From positions 1-20,775 of the forward strand of contig JAEORO010000200.1 in NCBI GenBank assembly GCA_016840855.1: a stretch of DNA of 20,775 bases, given 5' to 3'. The notes under the pieces are model-generated. The model had not been told where the DNA came from, ran no database searches, and saw only the letters and a list, made by a program, of their open reading frames with translations. Position numbers and translations under genes: made by a program. The stretch comes from Candidatus Thorarchaeota archaeon (GTDB lineage: Archaea > Asgardarchaeota > Thorarchaeia > Thorarchaeales > Thorarchaeaceae). Shown here in pieces: positions 9,492-17,000 of this stretch (its first letter is position 1; every line of letters begins with the position of its first letter).

Positions 9492-9518
9492 TGCCGAGAG
9501 AAGCTATGTTCCTCGGCA
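9492..9518 (-). promoter_or_regulatory. GC-rich hairpin in the 5' leader of the 331-aa gene
   Basis: Minus strand TGCCGAGGAA-catagc-TTCTCTCGGCA (10-bp stem with one bulge), just upstream of the RBS. Confidence 0.4.
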
Positions 9519-9533
9519 GCCTAGAACGTATCT

Positions 9534-9591
9534 TTACATATCTAATAAATGTTACTTATTATATTTTTTTTACAAATATTAATATAGTTAC
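9534..9591. promoter_or_regulatory. Four TTAC motifs at exact 18-bp spacing in the divergent promoter region
   Basis: TTAC starts at 9534, 9552, 9570 and 9588; inverted GTAA copies at 9623 and 9649. Confidence 0.4.
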
Positions 9592-9672
9592 AAGAACCTA
9601 TTTTATATGAAACAGCTTTAATGTAAGTCTGTATCAAATAGTTCATATGTAACAATAGTCATCGAAAGGAAT

Positions 9673-9987
9673 ATGACTGATAAGGAATCTAAGGAACGGA
9701 AGAAGTTGAGAGAGGAGATTCTTGCCTCATTCGATGCTGCGGAGATAGATCCTCAACGTGAAAAGATTGCCGTAATGACACGCCTAGATTACAGATTAGT
9801 GGAGTTTCTTGATGCCCTTGTAAAACTAAAGATATACCACAGCAGATCTGATGCAGTAGCCAATATGATCAAGAAGGCTATTCTTGCCGAGATTGAAGTC
9901 TACGATCAAATCAGGATACAAGCTCAAAAGCTTGATGAGATTGAATCCGCAACTCTGGATCTCGCACAACAAATTCACAAAGATTAG
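9673..9987 (+). CDS. Ribbon-helix-helix (CopG/MetJ-like) transcriptional regulator
   Basis: 'IAVMTRLD..LVEFLDALVKLKIYHSRSDAVANMI' matches the RHH pattern (strand-helix-SRS-helix), with a C-terminal coiled-coil-like helix. AAGGA upstream. Confidence 0.75.
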   Translation: MTDKESKERKKLREEILASFDAAEIDPQREKIAVMTRLDYRLVEFLDALVKLKIYHSRSDAVANMIKKAILAEIEVYDQIRIQAQKLDEIESATLDLAQQIHKD

Positions 9988-10213
9988 TGCTCAAACCCAT
10001 TTCAATAGAAGGCATTTTTCAATTTTGAAGCCAAGTAACATTTGGGAAATTAACCGGTTCGATAGTAGCTAGTACACTAGTATTTAGAAGATCTAGGTAT
10101 TTTGAGATTGACAACCAGATTATTGCTGTAACCGTATGTACTGGCGTGGCTTTTGGCATGAGGAATAATGATACAAACATTGCTATGAGCTATGTTAGAA
10201 AGGTCAAGAAGTT

Positions 10214-10277
10214 GCTATGAAATCACTCCCATTTATTACGAGACCGCCTTGATATTTCCTTTTACCCCGATTTCAAA
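10214..10277. repeat. Copy B of the 64-bp imperfect direct repeat
   Basis: Covers the last 14 codons of the Fe-S gene and its downstream spacer; matches 8142-8205. Confidence 0.9.
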
Positions 10278-10979
10278 TACCCTCATTGGTATATTCAGAC
10301 CTGTGTCTAGAATAGCCTGAGCCACAACTCTGACCAATCCATGACAACAAGGAACTTCCATATGGACAATGGAAACATCTTTGATATTATTGATTTGAAA
10401 CATCTGAGTGAGCTTCTCTATATTTTGTTGATAATCTTCAAATTTTGGACAGACTAACACTATTGCTTTATTCTTTAGAAAATCCTCATGCATTGAAGGG
10501 TATGCTAGTGCTGCGCAATCAGCTATAATCGCCATACTAGCATTCTTTAGAGCTGGATGTTGTGGGGCTAATAATCTGAGTTTAATCGGCCAGTGTGTAA
10601 GTCTAGATTCTTTTGGAACTAGAACAGTTTCAGGGAGTAGATGGTCTGGACCTTTATGAATGTCTAATTCCTTTTCAGCATAGGTGAACTTCTCACTCCC
10701 TGCGCAGCCTACATCGTGACTCGCAAGTTTCTGTTTTCTAATATTCTCTTTAGCTGCAATTTCATCAAATGGGATTGTTTCAACCTCTCTAAGTGTTAAT
10801 GCGCCTTCAGGACATTCTCCCAAGCAAGCTCCTAAACCATCGCAGAATGATTCAGATATAACCCGTGCTTTTCCATCAATTACCTGAAGCGCACCCTCAG
10901 CGCATCCTGGCACACAATTTCCACACCCGGTACAAAGGTCTTCATCGATATGTATCATGAGTCGTTTTACCATCATCAT
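10236..10979 (-). CDS. Iron-sulfur protein with N-terminal ferredoxin domain and Cys-containing C-terminal domain
   Basis: CTGCGNCVPGC and CDGLGACLGECP motifs, plus 'HWPIKL', 'ADC', 'CPK', 'MEVPCC'. Start is one of ATG 10979/10976/10973 rather than GTG 10994. Confidence 0.9.
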   Translation of the reverse strand: MMMVKRLMIHIDEDLCTGCGNCVPGCAEGALQVIDGKARVISESFCDGLGACLGECPEGALTLREVETIPFDEIAAKENIRKQKLASHDVGCAGSEKFTYAEKELDIHKGPDHLLPETVLVPKESRLTHWPIKLRLLAPQHPALKNASMAIIADCAALAYPSMHEDFLKNKAIVLVCPKFEDYQQNIEKLTQMFQINNIKDVSIVHMEVPCCHGLVRVVAQAILDTGLNIPMRVFEIGVKGNIKAVS

Positions 10980-10995
10980 TTGAACTACCTTCACT

Positions 10996-11054
10996 TTACC
11001 ATAGTTAATTTAATGAAGGTTACTATTATAAAGATAGTAGTTACCATTTGGTAA
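10996..11054. promoter_or_regulatory. Divergent promoter with shared TATA (11026-11032) and three inverted repeats; candidate HxlR operator array
   Basis: TTACCATAGTTA (10996-11007), TACTAT-N7-ATAGTA (11021-11039, spanning the TATA) and TTACCA-tt-TGGTAA (11041-11054). Confidence 0.6.
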
Positions 11055-11063
11055 GTGGTTTTC

Positions 11064-11459
11064 ATGACACTGCGAACACGAGAAAATGTAGAAATGTGTC
11101 CTGTTTTTGCAGCATCTAGAATCTTAGGCAAAAGGTGGTCGATTTTAATCATACAGGTCCTTCTAAAACCAGAGGCGACTATAGGTTTACGATTTCATGA
11201 GCTACAGAATGAGCTCAGTTGGATTAGCCCGAAAGTTCTTACACAGAGGCTTAGAGAACTCCAAGAGAGTGGCATTCTGTCCCGGGATGTTGATGTAAGT
11301 ACGATGCCTCCTAAGGCATGGTACACTTTGACAGAGAAAGGTCGAGACCTTGGACCCACTCTAGAAGCTATGCAAGCTTGGGGAATGAAGCATGGTGGTA
11401 GAGTAGTTGCTGTCTGCATGGGTAAGGGCTTCGAACATTGCCATGAGTGTCAACATTAA
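11064..11459 (+). CDS. HxlR/DUF24 (MarR-like winged-helix) transcriptional regulator
   Basis: 'CPV..A..ILGKRWSILII', 'RFHELQ..L..ISPKVLTQRLRELQESGI', 'PPKAWYTLTEKG..L'. N-terminal Cys and a Cys/His-rich tail. Confidence 0.92.
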   Translation: MTLRTRENVEMCPVFAASRILGKRWSILIIQVLLKPEATIGLRFHELQNELSWISPKVLTQRLRELQESGILSRDVDVSTMPPKAWYTLTEKGRDLGPTLEAMQAWGMKHGGRVVAVCMGKGFEHCHECQH

Positions 11460-11653
11460 CAAGATGAGATATTAGTAGTGGCTGCGGTTCTTTTCCAACA
11501 ATCTCAAGAGTGTCTCCTAATTAATTGAGAGATAAAAATTAGAGCTAGATTGAGTTGTGTAATTTCAACTGTTACTCCAGAAAGTGAAAATCCGATCATT
11601 ACTCAATATGACTGATTTCAATTGCCAAAGAAATTGCACAAGTTTGACGAAGA

Positions 11654-12136
11654 TTATTTGCGAGTGTCCTCAATGATTTTCACAAGTTCTTCTTCAATAG
11701 TAGGAGTCATCTTCGCTCGTGTCTTTATTCTACCTACTTCTTCTCCATCTTTACCGAAGATGATGATTGTTGGACTACTGGTAACACCAAATGTTTCAAC
11801 TTCAGGCGGTGAAGGAGGAACAGCCCAAAACTTATCGGAGCCATAAGGTGGTTTGGTCATTCCACCTAACGCTAGAATAGGTTTGTCTAGCTCTTTCTCA
11901 AGTAATGCTAAGACAGGAAGAGCTCGACGTGAATCACCACACCAATCTGCAAAGAAGATAACTACACTATAGTCTTTCAATAGATCCTTTAGCTTTGACA
12001 CTGCTTTTTGGTTCAGCTTATACTCATCTTTCTGACGAATGAACCCTCCTTGGTAGGCTGGTTTTATCGATTCTATTGCCTCATTACATGATGGTGCATC
12101 AACTTGGACATCAGTTATGGTTGGCACTTTATTCAT
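11654..12136 (-). CDS. Thioredoxin-fold protein with WCGDS (CxxS) active site
   Basis: 'VVIFFADWCGDSRRALP', cis-Pro loop 'SSPTIIIF', 'GEEVGRI'. Confidence 0.85.
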   Translation of the reverse strand: MNKVPTITDVQVDAPSCNEAIESIKPAYQGGFIRQKDEYKLNQKAVSKLKDLLKDYSVVIFFADWCGDSRRALPVLALLEKELDKPILALGGMTKPPYGSDKFWAVPPSPPEVETFGVTSSPTIIIFGKDGEEVGRIKTRAKMTPTIEEELVKIIEDTRK

Positions 12137-12156
12137 CTCCTTGATTTCTAATACGC

Positions 12157-12639
12157 TTATTCAGTTTCGCAGACTATATCTGTTCCCTTCATACCTTTCT
12201 TAGCTTGCAGGGGTGTCTTTTGTACAAGTTTGACCCACTTTGAAAGATAATCTAAATGACTCTCTTCTTCGCCTCTTAGATGCTCCACTAATAGCTGAGC
12301 TACAGGATCATCAATCTTATCAAGAGCTTGATCAAGTAAATTCATCATCTCTCTCTCGTCTTGTAGTAAGGACTCGATTTCACGCTCGAGTTTGATTCTC
12401 GCAGCATACCGGGCTACCTTTGCTGACCATTCATCACAAGGTGTGGTGATCATATGTTCAATCATTCCCTCAAGGAATTTTATATGCTTCCAAGTATCAA
12501 GACGCAATTCCATAAAGGCAAGACGAACTGCAGGTTCTTTTGCTTGTTCCTCTAGATTGACCAAATGATTCAGTGTTTTTTGTTCAACTTGAATCTGATC
12601 CTTCATCACAGCAACAACTTTCGCTTCGGATTGAGTCAT
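12157..12639 (-). CDS. Ferritin/rubrerythrin-like four-helix bundle protein
   Basis: Two helical hairpins with E...DTWKH and E...EEESH diiron-type patterns. Confidence 0.7.
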   Translation of the reverse strand: MTQSEAKVVAVMKDQIQVEQKTLNHLVNLEEQAKEPAVRLAFMELRLDTWKHIKFLEGMIEHMITTPCDEWSAKVARYAARIKLEREIESLLQDEREMMNLLDQALDKIDDPVAQLLVEHLRGEEESHLDYLSKWVKLVQKTPLQAKKGMKGTDIVCETE

Positions 12640-12672
12640 CCACTAACATCTCCACAAATTCTACAAATTAAT

Positions 12673-12700
12673 TAACTATAGTTACTTTATCTCTTATAAG
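12673..12700. promoter_or_regulatory. Perfect palindrome TAACTATAGTTA (12673-12684) beside a TATA-like CTTATAAG (12693-12700)
   Basis: Lies upstream of the ferritin-like and thioredoxin genes; 10/12 identical to the sites at 10996 and 13742. Confidence 0.55.
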
Positions 12701-12743
12701 ACTATTCGTTATGACTCTTTACTGGGAAGCAACTTCCACCAAA

Positions 12744-13748
12744 CTAATCAATATGCAACGCTCTCCTAAGGTCCGGATGGTCAAACTCAGCTTCTTGCTC
12801 ATACTCATTTCCTAGAAACTGATTCATCATGAGAGCTGCATAATTACCTGTACCCACAGCCATCGCAACTTGTTGTGTGATTGGTCTGACATCTCCAGCC
12901 GCCCACACACCTTCAATATTGGTCTTACCTCTGTGGTCTGTAATTATATTGCCTCTGGCATCCACTTCTACTCCAATCTGTTGTGCAAGCTCAGAGCGTG
13001 CAATTGCGACATAGGATACGAAGAATACATTTGCCTTCAATTTCCGACCATCAGTAAGTGTGACTGACTGTACAACACCAGGTCTCGGGAAATCAATTGA
13101 TTTGATCTTTCCTGAAGTCCATTTGAACGGAGACTGCTTCAACTTCTCAAGATCTTGATTCTCAAATGGCACGTAGGCATCCTCAGTCATTAGAATCTGT
13201 ATCTTATTTGTAAAACGTGTCAACGCATTTGCCACGTGTAATGCGCTACCGACTGTCCCCGCGTTGACCACTAAGACATCTTTGCTCTTACAGAGCGGCG
13301 CTTCACAATCTGGGCAGTAAAACGCTCCATTTCCAACATTCGCTACAGGAAGCCAGCTTCTCCATCTCCCATCAACCTTCGGGTGTTTTCTAGATGTTCC
13401 CATTGCTAAAAGAAGTGTTTTTGCCTGGTACTCGTTTTTATCTTCCGTTCGATAACTCGGTTCGGTACGGACTGTAAACTTCGGATAGCGACCTGCGACT
13501 TGAACAACATCTGCAGCAATGTATTCAGCTCCAGCTGCTCGAGCCTCTCCTTGGATGTTTCTTAACAGACTTCTGCCTTCATGATAGACTGACCCTGAGA
13601 AATTGAGGATTGAGTTTGTGTGAAAATGCATGGGACTTGTACCTCTATCTAAGACTAGCACTCTACGTTCATGATAAGCAAGATGAAGAGCTGCAGAGGA
13701 ACCAGCAGGACCTCCACCAATGATTATGGCATCATAAATCTTAACCAT
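12744..13748 (-). CDS. Thioredoxin reductase-like FAD-dependent disulfide oxidoreductase with atypical nucleotide-binding domain
   Basis: FAD motif GGGPAG, 'LAMG', redox CxxC (YCPDC), second FAD motif 'TNIEGVWAAGD', 'QVAMAVGTG'. Confidence 0.88.
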   Translation of the reverse strand: MVKIYDAIIIGGGPAGSSAALHLAYHERRVLVLDRGTSPMHFHTNSILNFSGSVYHEGRSLLRNIQGEARAAGAEYIAADVVQVAGRYPKFTVRTEPSYRTEDKNEYQAKTLLLAMGTSRKHPKVDGRWRSWLPVANVGNGAFYCPDCEAPLCKSKDVLVVNAGTVGSALHVANALTRFTNKIQILMTEDAYVPFENQDLEKLKQSPFKWTSGKIKSIDFPRPGVVQSVTLTDGRKLKANVFFVSYVAIARSELAQQIGVEVDARGNIITDHRGKTNIEGVWAAGDVRPITQQVAMAVGTGNYAALMMNQFLGNEYEQEAEFDHPDLRRALHID

Positions 13749-13842
13749 AGTAAAGAAGCCTCATTATTCAGAACATTCAGGATGTTAATAAACCTATGAT
13801 AGAGGCTAGAATTTTCTAAGAGTGAAATACATTGGATTAAAA

Positions 13843-13892
13843 TTCCCGAAGAAACTTAAGGAAGATATTTCCTTAGGAATTAAGTTTGGGAA
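13843..13892. other. Imperfect long inverted repeat in the divergent intergenic region
   Basis: TTCCC/GGGAA and AAACTTAA/TTAAGTTT arms, with an inner GGAA/TTCC pair. Confidence 0.4.
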
Positions 13893-14065
13893 GCATGCTG
13901 AATGAAGAGGGTTGTATTTTTGTTTTGCATCTTCATATAAAATTGAGGTGGTGGAGCCGGTGAGTTCACCAATAAAGCCCTCAAACATCAGTTGTCTTCG
14001 AGGAAGGGGGAATATTCAATTTGCGTAAAGCATATTATGAGGATAATTCTAAGGAATCATTTGTT

Positions 14066-17000
14066 ATGAGCGGCATTAGTATGAGGGGTCTACATATCCT
14101 AGCTCTGCTACTGATATTGTCCTCTTTAGTTGGCTATATTCCGTCAATACCTTTCTCCATTACCTCGATTTCAGAGAATAGTGATGCAATACCCACTTCT
14201 GAACCTATTGAAGGCTCAGACATTGATAGAGAAAAAATAGCCGCCACCACAAGAGAGATGCTATACAGTCACTTCACTGAGAATCTTGGACAGGTCAATA
14301 ACAGGGACATTATGTATTATGGCCGTTTTCCAGGCGGTATGATAGGATTTGGTGTCAGTGCGATTTTCGTTTGGTTAGAGAATACAACAAATACCATTGT
14401 CATTAAGTTTCTTGGATCAAATAAAGTTCAACCAATTGCTAGGAGCTATGCCTCATATAGGAACAATTATTTCTTGGGTGACAGAGGGACTTATGTCGGA
14501 GTACGATCATCCTCCGATATCATTTATTCCAATTTATACCCGGGAATTGATTTGGAATACCACGCTACTCCTGAAGGAGTGAAGTACCAATTTTATGTGA
14601 GTCCGGGAGCTGATTACCAAGATATTCAGGTGCAAACTGACGGATATGATTTTCTCGAAATTTTAGATGCAGAAATACGATGGGAAAAGGACAAAGCTAA
14701 CTTTGTGGATACGGATCTAATTTCCTATCAAGGTGAGAAATCTTTGAAAACAAAGTTCAATCGCCTAAGTGAGAATGTCTATGGATTTAATGTGCCTGAG
14801 TATGATGCGACTCAAATGCTGGTGATTGATCCACTTATTTATTCGACTTTAATTAGTAGTTCGGAGGACGATGTCGGACTTGGGATTACAATTGACAACG
14901 ATGGCTTTGTATTTGTAACAGGCTATACAAGTTCAGCGACATTTCCAGTACGATTCGGGATATTCAACTCTTATTCAGGAAATAGGGATGCCTTTGTCCT
15001 AAAGTACAAATTAGAGATAAGCGAATTGATATTCAGCACATTCATTGGTGGCAGTGAATCTGATACTTCTAATGATATAGCGGTTGATGGTGCTGGGAAT
15101 ATTCATCTTGTCGGGACAACTAGCTCAGCAGACTTCCCGTTATCCTCCGCTTATGATGGTTCTTTGGGTGGAACTTTGGATGGATTCTTCCTTAAACTGA
15201 ATTCAGCTGGTTCTGCTTTAATCTACTCAAGTTATTTGGGAGGCACAAGTGCAGATATCTGCCAATCGATACGACTTAATATTTCAGGATATCTTCACTT
15301 GACAGGATGGACTAACTCGTCAGACTTTACTACTGTTAGTCCAATACAAGGAAGTCTTGGCGGGGCAAAAGATATGATTCTCTCAATTGTAAGCCCTGCA
15401 GGTGATTTAGTCTATTCAAGCTACTATGGTGGCACTGGTGATGATATTGGTGAAATCATTGAGATTGATTCGAATAGGAATATTATTGTAGCAGGTACCG
15501 TACAAACCGGGTGGCCTACTTACAATGCAATGAACGCCACTTGTAATGGAGGGTCAGACATTGGGATTTGTAAGTTAAACTCACTCGGAAAACAAGTTCT
15601 CTGGTCAACATTTATTGGTGGTGCTGATGATGATGTTGCTACAGGTCTTGCGATTGACTCAAACGATGAGATTTGCCTTTCTGGATATTCAAATTCCACC
15701 GATTTTCCAACGATAGCTGCTTTGAATGCATCCAATAATGGAGGATTTGATGTTGTATATCTAAAAATGTATAGTAATGGTAGTCAACTGATTTTCTCAA
15801 GTTATCTTGGTGGTACATCTAATGACTATTCCTATGGTCTGGCAATTGACCGATTTGACTATCTCTATATTTTTGGAGAGACCTCTTCTTCATCATTTCC
15901 TGTTCTTAATGCGTATAATGCCACCATTTCAGGTGAACAGGATTGTTTCCTTCTCAAGATGAATAGAACTGCTTCTAACCTAATATCATCGACCTTTTTT
16001 GGTGGGTCTGACAACGAAAAACCTTGTGCAATTGCTCTTGATTCAGTTGGAACAGTGTACCTCACGGGATGGACTAACTCTACTAATTTTCCACTTACTG
16101 AGTTTGTAGCTCAGACACAATGGCTAATGGGTTGGACTTTTAGAAAAGCACACAAAGTCCTTGGATCAAGTGGTGCGGGTGTCAATTACCAAATCAGACT
16201 CACTATATATTTTGGCTCAGGCACAGATAATATAGATAACGTCTATCTAAGTTCAGCGTGCCAGACAGATTTTGATGATATACGATTCACTGATGATGAT
16301 GGTATGACTGAACTGAGCTATTGGAGGGAAGAGTTCACGGATTCAGTCAGCGCTATCTTCTGGGTGAAAGTGTTAGACAATCTGGATACTAATCAAACAA
16401 TCTATCTCTATTATGGAAATCCTACTGCAGACTCAAACTCTAATGGTGATTCCACATTCATATTCTTTGATGATTTTTCTGGTACTTCTCTGAACACAAC
16501 CAAATGGTGGGTCTATTCATTTGGAGTAGATCCACGTACTTATGAAGTTGTGAATGGGGAGCTTCATGCTGATATTCAGTCGACAACCAACTCATGGAGT
16601 GGTTATCATTTTGTATCATATGCAGACTTCACTGATACAGATTATCAGGTTTACGTAAAAAGCAGATGGTCCGGATACGATTATTCTCGAGGGAGATCCA
16701 ATGTAGCATCACCATTCCTCTTTGATAGCACTAACCAAACAACTGGTCTCACAGTATCAGCTTATGGCGATTATATGGTCACACTATATACGTATGTAGA
16801 TGGTAGTAGTACCTGGACATCTGTTAGTAATTATGCGAGCGGAAATGCAGTCTTTAACTATAGAGTAACAAGTGGCACGAACTTCAACATGCAGATGACA
16901 GGTACTTATTCAAGGTCATATACTGGCACTATTAGTGGATTTACATATCCTTTCTCAGTACGACTTCTTGCTGAACTTAACTACTGGACTTCAAATATGT

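Noticed and set aside
8206-10213. Autonomous mobile element or toxin-antitoxin pair
   Set aside because: No transposase, integrase or terminal inverted repeats. The RHH gene has no co-oriented toxin partner.
13806-13988. 60-aa minus-strand intergenic ORF
   Set aside because: No RBS or motif, and it overlaps a likely promoter and hairpin region. Cannot be supported.
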